The notes: a model not told the origin generated them from the sequence alone. Shown: positions 1-15,130, counted from the first letter of the whole stretch. The stretch is 63,609 nt of DNA, filler included, from Conidiobolus incongruus B7586 (GCA_000697335.1; 13 parts of 13 records of this genome joined end to end with filler, not necessarily neighbours in it); one strand, 5' to 3'. Numbers and translations: made by a program.

Positions 1-398
1 TATTATTATTATTATTAATTATTTTCTTTTTTCTTTATAAATGAATAAAATCAAAATAAAAAGCCTAATAAAAAATTTAAATAATATAATTAATAATAAA
101 ATAAACTTTAATATAATATTAGAAATTATTTGACTTTATCTATCTTATTATAATATCATAATTTCTTAATTCTAAAATAATTTTTTTATTTAAGAATTGA
201 AAAATAGTTTAAATTATTTAATAATAAAAGAGATATTAAAATAATTGAAACAATGTTGAAAATAATTAAATTGAAATTTTCTGATAATTTCTATTAAATT
301 CTTTTTTTTGCAAATTATGTTAATTTTAATTAGTGTTTAGCTTAAAAATAACCAGAAATTGTATTAACTAGTTAAATTATATTAAAAAGATATAAATG

Positions 399-400
<2 letters not shown>

Positions 401-445
<45 letters not shown>
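401..445. repeat. (AAT)n microsatellite
   Basis: Uninterrupted aataat... run; similar runs at ~15910-15940 and (TAT)n at ~18399-18442. Confidence 0.95.
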
Positions 446-1245
446 TAATAAGATTAGTATTTTTTTTATATTATGTATATCAAATTAAGGACTTAATTAA
501 TTATAATGCAAACACATAGAATCTTAAATTAATGAAATGCCAAACAAGGTAATTGTCTTAAATCTGAGAGAGGAAATCATGAATCCAGAATCAACTATGA
601 TTTTGAGTTGACTTGAGTATTGATGGAATATTGGCAGATTGAAATCTAATTGTGTTACAAACTAAATTACTTTAAGCGTCTGTTGTTTAGAAATTTCATA
701 AACTGATGGATATGAAGATTTATTATGTCATTGGAGACTTTGTGAGGTTACTATCTCTCCTCAACACTCATACTGCTCCAATTTGTAATTTGATGATCTT
801 ATATGGGTACTATTATAGCTTTGATAAGCCTCAATCAGCGTGAACTTGAATTAATTTAATTTAATGATATCATATATTTATAAAAGATAATCAAAATAAT
901 TTAATCAAATAATATCAAATCATCATTGATTATGGTAAAATTAATTCGAATATTTTCAGGGGCAAATAGCTTGACAAAATTATTTAATAAATATCTGTGA
1001 TTTCATTATTGGCAAATAGTAAGTGAAAAAAAATAAAATATTTCTCAAATAGTACAATCTTTTTTTATTTTCCCTAGTATTAATTAGTCATGGGAAAATG
1101 TAATATAACCAGTTATCTGAATGGGAAAAATCATCATTGATAAGAATATATATATATAACCTTTAGAACTTTGAAGTTTCAAATGATTGAATTATTCATT
1201 GGTTGATCTGTATCATTCACTTCGCTGTTCTTTGTAAATATTATC

Positions 1246-1593
1246 ATGAATACTGATTCTTTCGAAAACTATGTTTCTAATTTGAAATCTGATCAATGTT
1301 CCAGTCTTCTTAATCAAGCTTTTATGTGTAGAAAGAGAAGAAATCCATCTCCTAAATCTTTCACAGCAAATCACAGATCATACGCATCTCTCGAATCAGC
1401 AGTAACCACTACATCAGTAGCTGTTCCATATCCCCTTGAATTCAACACGGCCATTCATCAGAAAGGATATGAGCAGCGTCAATTTGAAAAGCCCGAAAAG
1501 TTTGACCAAGTGGTAGAATTTGGATTTGATTCTGATCCCAACTGTCCTACCTTGCACCTTACACTCACCCCAACGTTACTACGTGGGCATTGA
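1246..1593 (+). CDS. Small uncharacterised protein, family member 1 (115 aa)
   Basis: Intact ATG..TGA ORF, GC-richer than its flanks. Aligns end to end with 4697-5062: SVAVPYPLEFNTAIHQKGYEQRQFE...FDQVVEFGFDSDPNCPTLHLTLTP vs SVAVPLPTEMNSALHHKGFEKRQYE...FDQLIHCGFDADPNCPTLYLTLTP. Confidence 0.88.
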   Translation: MNTDSFENYVSNLKSDQCSSLLNQAFMCRKRRNPSPKSFTANHRSYASLESAVTTTSVAVPYPLEFNTAIHQKGYEQRQFEKPEKFDQVVEFGFDSDPNCPTLHLTLTPTLLRGH

Positions 1594-4500
1594 AATTTTG
1601 CTCAAACCCTCACACAAATTTGAAATTTGTATAATAGTTATATAGATCGATCATTATTGGCTAATTGATCAGTTGCTAAAAATTTTTTAATATTTATTCA
1701 AACATTCTTAATCTTGATGATTAATATAACGAAACTAATTAATTAATTATAAAAAATTTTTTGTACATAAACTATTTAATTATTAATTTAAAAAAAAATA
1801 ATATAATTTTTCAAGAAATTTATTATATTTTGAATTTTACATATTGCAACAATAACTAAATTTGCTAAATATTTAAAATTTCAATATTAGGAATTAAAAT
1901 TTAGAATAAATAGAAACTTAATAGTAAAATTATATCAAAATAAAATAAGAGAAAAAAAAATAATCTTTTATCAATTTGGTAAATAAACAAAATATATAAT
2001 TCCGATAATTGTGATCTGAAATATTGTACATTGCAATTAACTAAAAATTTTCGCTTGCACCTTTTAAATATGAATCTTGTGGCAAAATAATTTTATGGAA
2101 AGTGTAAAAAAATGAGCTCGTTTAAGAATTTGAATTGTCAAATACAGACAAAACTCTATGATTGGAGAGCCTTAAAATTACATCATCATTATAAAAATCA
2201 CTCAAACCAATCGAATTGACGAATAGGGCCATTTATATTGAATTTCGACACCTCGAATTTAGTATATGAATTCACTTAAATTATGATCGTCCAATCAAAA
2301 TTAGGAAAAGGTAACCACGTGCTAGCACACCATTTATAGCTTTATATCAAATAAATTATATAGCTCTTTAATTGATAATTGAAAATTTTTATAATTGTTC
2401 TATTATAAACGCTATGCTAGATTTATTTTATTCTTTATATTCCAACATAAGTTATAATATATAAACTAATGACAAATGTTATATGTAATTGTTGAATATA
2501 TTAAAAGAAGGGGTATTACCTAATTTGGAATATATGAACCAAAGTTCGAGTGAGTATAACACTTATAGCAAAGTGATTATTTTTAAAAATCCAGATTGTG
2601 ATTAAACTATATTAATGATATCAAAATTTTAAAAATTCTAGGAAAATCCTAGTGATTAATTTTGAGTTAATATTTTATAATAGAAATGTATTTAAATTTA
2701 ATCAATTTTAAAAGTTTTAAATATATTATGTTTAAATAATTAATAAATTTGAATTCAAATTGATATCATTAATATCAAATGATTGTAAAGCACTAGTTCC
2801 AAATCATAATATTGTTGTAAAAAAATTTCCTGTAGTAAACTTTTAATGAAATCATCAGAAATTCTCAGTTTAGGGATTAATAATGGGAATTGACGAAATT
2901 AGATAAAGGAGTTGATATTAACTTTGGTGAATATCATACCAACTGTTAATGATCAAGATGATTAATAAGTTACCCTTGGTTCAATGATTTCATTAATATG
3001 TTATAGAGATGCAGCTGTTAGTACTAACCAAGTTAGCATCGATTATCTTTGATGATTTCATTATTTGGTAAAGATAAAAAAACTGATTATAATAGAATTC
3101 AAAGGATTGAAAATCAACAAACATATTTATCATCTATTAAATAATGGATAGTAAAATTATTTTACGTACTGAATATGTCAAGTTGGCAAAAAAAATACTG
3201 ATTTTAAATAATTAAAAATGAATTAGTGTTGAAAGCAATTTGGCAATATAACAAAATACTCAATGATCAACCAATTTTAATTCCGATTAAATGAAAGATG
3301 ATCAATAATAATCTGACAAATTAAATCATTTAAATAAACTTTGACAAATTGAATATTTGCTGAAATCAACTTGAGATACAATTGAAGTATATTTTCTTAT
3401 GAATTATTTAATTAATCAATTTCATTTAGTTAAAACTACTTGAGTAATGGAATTATATATTAATTTAGATAAATATAAGAATTTTATTTTTTTTTGAAAT
3501 ATTAATGATTTCATTAAACTTATACTTTTGCGGTTTTGTTATTTTTTATAAAAATATTTTAGCATTATAAAATATTATTTTTTAAATTATATCATATTAA
3601 TAAAAACCACATTTTAATATTTTATATGTATTAATATTATCAAAATTAATTATTATTCAATTCTCCTAATACTTAAAATAATCAAAAAAATCACTATTAG
3701 AAACATCTCTAGCTTATAAATGTATTTGAAAAAGTTAACTCAAACCAAAGCTCGTTTACGATATTGATTAATTCACCTGATATCAATATTAGAATTATAT
3801 AGATATCTAATTATTTATAATTAATTTATATAAAGTGGGCTAAGTTAACTAAATTGACTTAATAATTAATTTTTTAATGATTAAATCATAAATATTTTCT
3901 AGCGTAATTTAAAATTACATTTGAAAAAAAAATTCAAAATTTTTACAAATTTATCATTGAAAATTAAACAAAAATTAGAATAAACATTGATTGAAGAGAT
4001 GAAATCATATTAATTCTTTATCAATAAAAAACATTATAACTAAACATATCTTCTAACAACTTGAACCATTGAGCCAATTAATACAAAATCAACTTCAAAT
4101 TATTAAAAAAATCAAAACTAAATAAAATTTAGTTAACTTTGAATTCAAAACAAGTTGAAATTAACCTATTCAAGTAATCAAAATAATTATAAATTAAAAA
4201 ATGAATTAAATATTATGAAATAATAATGAGTATCATAATATTAATCAAAATGAATTTTACTAACCATATCTTTAATAATCTAGAAATTTCAATCGATTGC
4301 TCGGTGATATAATTTCTCTAACGATTGACCTAATCTTATCCCCCCGTTAGGTAATAGCTGATCACAAAAAAAGAATTGGAGCGAGTTGATTAATTATTTT
4401 TTACATAGTAACAATAATATGAATAATTATTAAGTATTATTTCAAAATATAAAAACAACAAGTCTTGAATATACCCCCCCCTTTTGGTATAGCTAATTAT

Positions 4501-4696
4501 TTATTATACAATTTATTTTATTCATACAATAATTAAATACAATAAATTTTAATTATATACAAAGGATGAACATAATCAATTTGGTCATCCTATCAATGCG
4601 AAGGAAGAGCTACCTGGCTCTTATAATTAACATAGATAATTGCACAAGATATTGATTGACATTAAATAAAGTTAATGGTGTGATTACTTAAGCTAT

Positions 4697-5062
4697 TTAT
4701 CGCACCAACTTGGGAGTGAGAGTAAGGTAGAGTGTAGGACAATTAGGATCTGCGTCAAACCCACAATGAATTAATTGATCAAATTCGCATTCATTTTCAT
4801 ATTGACGTTTTTCAAAACCCTTGTGGTGTAGTGCCGAGTTCATCTCGGTTGGGAGAGGCACTGCTACAGAGCTTGCAGACTCTCTGGATGATGATGAATC
4901 GCAGGAGTGGATAGACATCTGAGAACTGACTGAACCTTTCCTTCTCATTTGGCAGATTTGACCTTGATTGATTAACTGAGCATACTCATCACCCTCCAAG
5001 TTTGAAATGAATTGTTGATATTCATTTCTAGCATTAAAGTTGCTATATGATACACAAGACAT
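4697..5062 (-). CDS. Small uncharacterised protein, family member 2 (121 aa)
   Basis: Intact ORF, clear paralogue of 1246-1593 (shared DPNCPTL.LTLTP and SVAVP.P), convergent with it. Confidence 0.88.
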   Translation of the reverse strand: MSCVSYSNFNARNEYQQFISNLEGDEYAQLINQGQICQMRRKGSVSSQMSIHSCDSSSSRESASSVAVPLPTEMNSALHHKGFEKRQYENECEFDQLIHCGFDADPNCPTLYLTLTPKLVR

Positions 5063-8000
5063 TTTTAAACAGAATTAATGATATATAATACAGAAATAAT
5101 TGAATGAAATTCTCAGTAAAAGCCCCATTTAAATACTGCCAAAATGAGATTCAGTTTAAACTTGAAATTAATCAATCCAATTTGAATCAAATTAAGCAAA
5201 CTTAATCTTTCATAATCAATTCATATCAGTTGCATCATTGGTGGAAAATGTTAATTTGAAAATTTGAGCAAAGTATAGTAAAAATGAAATCATTCCTATT
5301 TCAATAAATCAAATTCTTTGTTTATTATTCTCCTTAATATTGGCTTACATTTACCCTCAACAAAATGAATATGATTCCATAAATATGTCAAAAATTTGTA
5401 AAAGAATTGACCATTCTTTGTTTTATCTATAATATCAAAGCCTATCCTCCTTCTCATTGGTCAAATATCTTACAAATATTTGACATAATTATCTAGACTT
5501 AATTTGTCAAAATTCATTGTAATGATCATTCTTTAGCTATTATGTCATTGGCTTGAAAGTTAAATTTAAATAAAATTCCCTATTTCATCACATTGTAAGT
5601 AACTTTAGAAAAAGAAGGTGTGTGTATATATTTACTCTTTGATTAGAAGATGATTTTTGCATAACATCATTTCAAACTTCTTTCTTAATAACATAGATGA
5701 TTTCTGAATTATTTCATGCTTTATAAATTTATCCAATCGAATTTTATCTTTTTATCGCGGCGAATATGATTACATCATGATATGGGGAATTTAATAAACA
5801 CGTGAGTAAATGATATCAGATCGAATAATTATTGAAAACACAAATATGTAAATAATCATAATACAGAGTGATGATTTAATAAAATTTTATTAAATAATAT
5901 AAGATTAATATCAAATGATATTTTACCTGAAAATATCTTAATTAGTTAAAAAAAATATCTTTGATTCATCTATTTTTGATACTAAATATTGCTACGAATG
6001 TGCTTTATAGAATATTTTTTGTTTTTTTAATTTAATCAGTTTTTGGAAGTGGATTTTGTAGAACTTCAGGTATTATTTCAGTATTGATAAAACCCTTAAT
6101 AATGATTTGATTAAATATTTAGTCATGAATTCAACTAACTAGTTATATAAAGTTGGTTAATTTTATTTTGTAATCTTGAATTTTTTCAGTAAATTTAATT
6201 AAAAAAATATTACATACTTAATATTGAATAGATAATATATTTATTTAAAATAATCATCTTTAAAATGCACAAATAGCTATAAAAATTTTATTCAATTCAA
6301 TACTTTTCAATATTGTTATGATCTAAATTTAATAACTTATCATAACTTTAATTATCATAAAAAATAAATCTAAGTATTAAATATTAGTATCAATTATAAT
6401 TAGCAAATATAAATTTTGTAATTATATTTGACTTCTATTTTATATTAATCAATTAATAAATTAAATGACTTTTATTTTTTAAGCTGAGTAAAGAGTCTCA
6501 TACACATTTTTATTAAGCTCTATTTTTTATATTTAGTATTTGAAATATATATGATACAATATTATTTGTTGAATTAAGATTATTTTTTTATTAAATCATA
6601 ATCATCAGTATTTGCAAAATACGTTTATTTTTATATATTTTAAAAACTTAGTCCAAATATTGATTTTGTCTATCAATAAAAGTGAGTTGAACGAATTCTC
6701 AGAAATAGAAAATATTATCTATTTTATTTACCTTAAGTGATACTATTTCAAATTAATAAAATGAACGTAATACTCCATATTCACAATTTTCTATTTTTAT
6801 TTGTAAAATATTTCATATTAAAAATAATAAGTTGCAATGATAATAATATTAGAGCAAATATTTAAAAATAAAAATACCATAAATTAATGACAGTGATCTA
6901 AAAATAAACAATTCATTATTGTTTTCTTAAAGTTATAAAAATCTGAATTAAAATATTTATTATTATTTTCAGCAATTTTTGTAAACAGTATGTTTTATTT
7001 TGATTTGATCATAATTTTTTTTTAATTTTTTTGTCAAAATTTAAAAGTAAAATAGAAAATTGCATAAAATTTATCGAATGATGCATTAAAGTTAATCGGA
7101 TTGAAATTGAGACATTTTTATACTCGAAATAGTTTGAAATTAATAACTTTAAAATTTCATTGTAATTAAGTTTATAATTTTATTCTTTTATTATAAATTT
7201 GATTTTTTTTTCAGAATTTAATTAAAAATGTAATGAAATAATTATAAGCTAAGGTATAAATAATATCACTTTATATGGGTTTTCATAATTTATAATAGGT
7301 AATATAATAATAAATTATCAAAGTTTCAAGTTTAAATCAAAATAATATTATAAAAATTAATTTTGAATGTCAATCTCATAAATCGAATGAATAACGAATT
7401 TATTCGAATTGATTAGAAATGTTTGAATTTAATAATTCGAATTAATCATATGATTAAATATTTTCCAAGATTGTTCCAATTAATTATAACCTATATTTGA
7501 AATTTAAAAAATTTAGTCTAGAAAATTATTGACGAAAATTTTCAGTATTTGTTTATACCGTATTTCTTATTTTGCTAATGTATATATATATTTTAATATT
7601 TTATTGTTACCTTATGTAATTAATATCCTCAGAATTATATTACCATATTAATAATATTAATTAAATATAAAGGTTAAATTGATCTAGAATAACTTGTTAA
7701 ATTTTTTTTGATAAATTGAGTTTAATTCAATATTTAGAAAAAAATAGAATATAATGAAATATAGTATGAAAAGTTATTCAAATATGATCATATAATTATT
7801 TTTATAATATTAGTGACTATTGAAGTTCAAATTAACAATAGCATATTATATCTAATTGTATTCATATTATTAAAATTATTAAGTTTGATTACCAACTATC
7901 GCAATCAGGATCTTAATAATTTAATATAGTTATTGGAATATATTTTACAATTGATCTATGCAACTTTATCAAATAATACTTTCTATATGTATATGTTACT

Positions 8001-11000
8001 ATGTTAATATAAAATTTGAGGTTTTTTTACTTTGGATTTTTCTAAATATTAATCAACTTTTGATATATAGTGTTAGTCATTAAGATATGCAATTGTTTGA
8101 TCATTACATCATCTGACTGTAAGTCCCTTCGCTTATTTAATATTTTATATTTTGATTCATTTGACATTATTCTATATAACTTTATTTGAAATTATTTAGT
8201 CTAATCCGCCCGTAATCTGTTTCATTAATCTATAGTAAATTATTCAATTTCAGATGTAATCTTCCAAATAAAAATTTTCATTTTGGATGATTTGTTTTCC
8301 ATTTTTAAATTATAATATAGAATATCTTGAAGTAAACTATAATTAATAAATTTAAATGTTTAATGAATTTAAATCATGCTAAAATTATAACTGTAATAAA
8401 TATTGTAAGTTGAGAAAAAAATATTCAATCCAATAATATATCTCATCAAAATTAATATATGGCACTATTTGATTCAAATAAATTAAATATCTCAATAAAT
8501 ATCAAAATCATCTCATTCAATATTGATATAAACGGTAGTTGCCTAGAATATCATAAAAGATGATTTAATTAATTTTCAGCTATTACAATGATCCAAAGTT
8601 GTACATAAATCAAAAATTGCAGTGGAAACGGAGTCTAAAATTAATTTGGCAACATGGTCATACTTTGTTCAAAAATTTAGTACTTGTACTGAATTTAGTG
8701 ATTTTGGCGATTATTAACTTATAAAAGTGAATTGTTATTTCTGCCAAACCGAAGCATAAATGCATTTTCAGCTATAATTTTAATTATGATGTAATGATTT
8801 TAACAATGTTCAACCAAAGCTTTGCTCGGTTAGATAGTGGCTGATCAAGCCTTTAATGATTAATTAAAAAATTAAAATTTCACTTTAACCATTATTCATT
8901 GATTATATTTATATGTTGAAAATATGAAAAACATGTTAATTAATAAATCAAATAGATTCATCAAATGAATAATTTTTTAAAACCATTGTACTATTTGACA
9001 CTGAGTTAAATACAAAAAGTTTTCAATTTAAACAACAAAGTATTTAAAATATTTTACTAAAAATATAACTCTAATATATTATATGGATATATAAAACAGG
9101 ATACAAAAATGTTATATTACCTAATACTGAAATAATTAAAAAAAAAATTTTAATATTTTTTACAAATATTATTTGATATTGTTTGAATTTTAGTGATTAT
9201 TTCATATCACTACACTCACTCTTCCAAAAAATTGCAATAATTTTATTAGAAAAATTATTACTATTTGGCTTTCACTCGTGATTATTTTATTATAATATAT
9301 CCTGATAACATTAATTTTATATTAATTTAACAAATTATTAATTTAATTAATATATAATATATAATTTTAGAATAATAAATTCAAATAATTATATTTAATA
9401 TTATTTAACTAGTTTTATAGTTATGATTTAAAAATACTGAGAAATTTGAAGGATAATTTAATTATAAATCACTTCTAATTATAAATATTTACAATTAGTT
9501 CAAAATAAATTGTTAAATTTTAGAACTATAATAAAATTTTATATTCAATTCTTGATAAAAAAACATTTTTCCATATATTTTAAATAATGATAATTAAATT
9601 ATTATTAAAATTAATATTGTTTTAATAAAATATGTAATTAATTGTTTTAATGGAACAATTAAGAATTTTCAAATAGCTTAATAGTACTGCTGTATACATG
9701 AAGATTATAATCCAAAATATTTTGTTCAATATATCATATTAATTACAACATTAAACAATATCGTTGATTAATGGTTATACCGAAATTATTTCAACCTATT
9801 ATACTTGACAAAGCATGATTTAATATATTACCCATTATTAATTCAAAATACTTTCATAGTAATATAATATACATTCACCAAATTTGTGATGTTTTTCAAT
9901 GTATATATCGAATTATCATGTTTAAATGATGCAAATAATAAGCAGTTAAATTTTAGGTAATCCTAGATTTTGTGCTTTTAATAAATAAAATCATTTTTAT
10001 ATTAATTAATGTTATGTACAAATATATCATTATTAGCGTGATAATTCAACCATTAAAATAATTAATTAGAGTTCATTGTATGCTACAAAATTATAATAAT
10101 ATATAAATTTTTATTTTATTAATCAATTTCTCATATATCAATGATGGATAATATTTTAGATTTTGGTACCTTTATATTAATCATTATTGAAAAGCCTAAT
10201 AGAAAACACTAGAAAATTGGTAGTTTTAATAGTCTATTAATAAATTGGTGATGAATTTAGATAATGAAATAATAATGAATTGTCTGAAAAAGATGATTAA
10301 AAGATACTTATAGGATAATAATATAATTTAATAAATATTGAAAAAAAAATATATCTAACCCAAAGTACGAAATGAAAACGAATAACTGCTTACTAATAAT
10401 ATAATTTACAATGGAATTTCAAAGATCAAAAAAATTTCCATAATATAACTATAAAAATATTTTAAAAGTTAATAACATTAATAAGCTTAAAAATAATATA
10501 TTTACTCTTATAAATAAATTAAATCATATAATTAATGAATGCAAATTTTAAAACTAATTTTATTATTATAATATTATTATAAAATTAATGTTTTAAACAA
10601 ATTTTTTTTTCAAAATTTTAGCGGTTAAAAAAAATTTGTAATAAATAAAAATTTGAATCAGATTCTAATATAAAAGGCTAACCCTTACAATTAAAGTTTA
10701 AGGCTGTTTTTGATATCTAATTTAGAAATTAAGCAATACTGAGTGAGTAGTTGCAGCCAAATAAATTAATCAGTACTTTATTTTTAATATCCATTGATTG
10801 TAAGGTTAACCTAAATAACCAATTTAGATAATGTAAGTAATACATATCCTTAAGGTTTACTCATATTAATATTTCAAATATTGTGGTAATGGACTAGTCA
10901 TTCACCAGCTTATCCATTTTTACAGTTGGATTAAAATCAATATTTGAGCCATCGTCAATTTTTTTCTTACTCGAATGGGAATGCTTTTTTGAAACTAAAA

Positions 11001-11941
11001 GTTGTGCTGATATATATCATGTTGATATCAATTTGAATAATTAATATCACTTAAAATATTAAAATTATAAACTTTAATATATTGATATTAAACAATAGTT
11101 AAATGATACGAAGATTAAATTGAAATATTTCGTAAGTGGTTAGGATTAGAATATAAAATATTACAAAATTTTAATTATTATATTGATATTTTAATACATG
11201 ACACATATAAGAAATATACCAATAATGATTTATTATTTAATTCTCAAATAAATAAATAAATAATTTTGAATTTATTGATATAATTTAAAATATTGAATAT
11301 TTAAATTTTATGAATTATGAAATACAGAATTTAACTATTATTAATAAACAAAAAATATGTAATTCATTTGAAAACATTACTATTCAGCAGTTGTAACTAT
11401 ACAATATAAGATTAACAAAATTTTTTCTAACACATGACAAATTAGAAAAAGTCCACGATAACCCCCAATTTTATCAATTTAGAATTAACATTCATTATGA
11501 ACAACTTATACTATAGGAAATTAACTAATATCAGTAAGACTTGGTGAAGAATTCATATAGTGTTAATACTGAAGTTCGTTTTTAATAATTATATAGCTAT
11601 ATAATAAGATCATCAGTCATAAGATCTAATCGATAATACACGAAAACATATTTGCATACGCTTGATTATCAAAATAATAAATTCAATACAGCTATTTACG
11701 TTATAATTGTAAATATTCTCAATTTACTTGAAATTTAGCTAGTATTAACGAATTGTCAATATAACTGTACACTTTATGTGACTGATGTAGTTATTACAAG
11801 GTGAAATAATGAATTGATTTACCATATACTAAAATTTCGTTCATTAATGCTAATATTATCAAATTATTAAATATACAAAAACCACCAATAGTTGCCATTA
11901 ATATCAACATATATCTAATCTATACTAATCAAATAACTAAA

Positions 11942-12165
11942 ATCATATCAAATATACCAAACTCAAATTCAAATTATTGTCAAATTTTAAATCAATCTAA
12001 ATACTATCAAAGCTCTAAAAATTCTCAAAAATTAAAAAAAATGTAACCAAAATGAAAAATTGAGAAGTTGGACAATAATTCAGAGATCCAATATGATGAT
12101 TATAATTGATATTGGATTTTTTTATCAAAATTCTCAATGAATAATCCTCAAGAGCCATACCATAT
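11942..12165 (+). pseudogene. Probable degenerate relic of the small-protein family
   Basis: IISNIPNSNSNYCQILNQSKYYQ (from 11942) resembles member 2 FISNLEGDEYAQLINQGQICQ. From 12062, EKLDNNSEIQYDD[+1 nt]IIDIGF aligns without gaps to EKRQYENECEFDQLIHCGF. Contains stops and frameshifts; the Ser-rich middle is missing. Confidence 0.45.
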
Positions 12166-14279
12166 CGGAATTCCGAGTATTTAACGATTCTTCGCGACTG
12201 TTGGGTGGATTCCTACTAGTTTATAGTGTTTTGATTGTTACTTGAGATATTATATTTATTTTTTCTTATTCAATTAAAAATAAGTTTTAATTATAAGACT
12301 TTTATATTATGATTTATTAAATTATTTTTCAATATTGTTATAATAACAATTGATAGTTATAGATTAAAACACACAATAATATATTGCATATTCTAGTTAT
12401 TAATAATTATAATTAGACTGAGTATAAATTAATTTGATAATATTTGTTTTATTTGAATATAATGATAGATATTAAAAAATATTACTCAAAATATATATCA
12501 ATTACTTCACTATAAATAGGACAAAACTTGATTAAAATTTAATATCCATAACTTTGAAAAGAATATCTTATAGATTTGATCTTAATAGGTGTAATCATGA
12601 TTAGCTATGAAAGTAAATAAAAGAATGTAATATCAATTTTTTTACAAAAACAACTAAATCAAGATATTATCAAAGGTAAAATTTTTAAACGGCCGAAAAT
12701 TTCACGTGAATAAAGAATTCCGAGGTATATTCGTTGAATGGGTAATTTACTAGAACAATTTTAAATATTATTAACTTTGTAAATGTATTACTTAATAAAT
12801 TTTTATTAATTTATAAAGTAGGAAAATATTGAAATAAAATATAATTAGATAGAAAAAGTCTCATTTCAATATAAATCCCCCTGATTCATTTTCAAGTTCC
12901 TAAAGCCTTAAAATTTTTATCAAATAAATAATTAAAACAGCGTTAAAGCTTTAAGAAAACGGAGATTATTCAAATTTTAAGTCATCATTATAAATAATTC
13001 TCTCCGAACATTGTCATATAACTTGAATAATTGCGACTATAACTCAAATTAGTAGACTCAAAAATTAGTACTCAATACCGGTCAAAACCATGATTCAAGT
13101 TTAACTAATCTAATAGAATTGAATAGAATATTTAATGCAATGAATTAATATTTAGAAATAGTTATATTGATGCAATAATTAGAATATTCTGTGAAAGCAA
13201 AATTTCTTCAAAAAGTATAATCATTATCATAACCAAGTTTAGAAATATAGGTTTTAATTATTAGATATTTGAAAATTATTTGATAGTGCCACATTTAACT
13301 ATTTTTGGTTATAAATTCGGAATCATAAAATCTTAAATAAGGAAATTTCTTAATTTTCATTACAGAATAAGTAATTGCATATCTAGAAATGTATTATAAT
13401 CTAATATAATAAGTCATAAGAGCATTACAAAATGATGGAGACAAATCCAAAACCATCAACAAACAAACATATGAACCATAAAAATGAAACCAAGTCATAA
13501 CTATCCCAGACATATGGATATGAATCGAATAAAGGGTCAAATTGACAAATCTCGGTACAATTATAAAACTTTAATAATAAACCTCTTATTTATTAGGAAA
13601 TTTCAAATGTTTTTATCCTTTTGAATTTAATTCAATAAAATCAAAATCCAGAACTGTAATTAAGATCCCAAGATTAAATTAGATATTGAGACATAAACAT
13701 AAGATTAGATGATGATAATAATAATTATTAGCTTTATTAAATTACAGTATGAGAAATATCCATTATGAAATTAGTTATTTTTATTTGATAATATTTGAAT
13801 TTTTACTTAATTCAAAAAAAAATTAAAATTATCTATAAAACTTTATAATGGGATTAATTGATTTGATTAGGTTAATAAATTTCAACAATTTAATATTGAG
13901 ATGAAAATTTTTTAAAAATAAAATTCAATATTATATAATAAAAACTTTTATTATAAATTGTTAAACTCACAAATTTATAATTTCTTGGATTTTTATTTTG
14001 TTTTGAGATAAAAATGAATATTCCAGCATGAAATTTAAATAAGTGTGATTTATGTTAATTTTTGTGGTTTTATTATTATTATTATTATTATTATGTAAAA
14101 TTAACAAATTTGGAAATTTAGCTAAATTTTAAAATCAATTTTTTTCTAATATTATTTATAAATTTTTTCATTCTAAATTTATTTTTCTAGTTTTTTTATC
14201 TCGCTAATTCTTAAAAAAATAATTAATTAATGAATATTATTAGAAATTAATTATTTATCTTTAAATATTGGATATTTTA

Positions 14280-15130
14280 ATTGATACTTGATGGATTTTA
14301 ATTCTATTAACAAGATTCTATTATAATCATTCGATTTACAAAAAGCTTGATTTGGAAATCGGATTAATTTCACCCTTAATGAGTTTTTTATAAGTTGAAA
14401 GAAATATTTTATAGAAAGTGTAGATTGTTATCTTAAATATCTAGCTAGATATTATAATCCATTTTAATCACTTCTCATAATTTGAATATAAATCTGAAAA
14501 TATCAATTACAAAATTAGTGCATTGTACTCTTTAACATAAAATGATGTTTTTTGAATTATTTTTTACAATTTTGAATATTTATAATTAGGAAATTCAGTA
14601 TACTATGTAAAGTTCTTGAATATCCAGATCTTAAAGTATTTAATCAAACCAACGATTTGTAATAATCTTCTTGAAAGAATCGCAATGAATAAGTTCAAAA
14701 TATTGAATTAGTCCCAAAATCATTTTATTAAATCTCGGTTAAAATAATCTATATTTTTTGAAATTTTAAACGTTGATCAAATCATGCAAAAAAATTTTTA
14801 GTTCAAAATCGGTAAAATTGATAAATACTAGGCAAATTATCCAAATAGCGTTAAACTGCAAATCCAGCATTATTGCAGAATTCATTAACCTATTTTTTAG
14901 GTAAGTTCGGATTCCGTGATCTTCCTCAGTTTGATCTCGGACCGTGTGTAACTTCAAATTCGAAAGTTACTCAATAATCAGGTGGATACTGCAGGGATCT
15001 TACAATTTTTCTAATCCTGCCAGATTTCTATTCAATTGTTATACAATGGAGCATTTATTGCTAACTTGTAAACATCAGTTATTAGGCATGTGATGATTTC
15101 ATCCCTTGGTAAAAGCCACCCAACCATTTT
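14280..15130 (-). pseudogene. Decayed coding-like segment, possibly an F-box/LRR relic
   Basis: GC-richer island with broken frames. The minus strand begins MVGWLLPRDEIITCLI (loosely F-box-like W..LP.EI) followed by Leu-rich fragments. Family assignment is weak. Confidence 0.22.

Noticed and set aside
2780..3400. Moderately GC-richer, coding-like stretch between members 1 and 2 (similar islands at ~13430-13560, 19600-19950, 23574-23840, 55390-55720)
   Set aside because: Frequent stops in the frames I read and no motif I can identify; may be old relics but cannot be supported.
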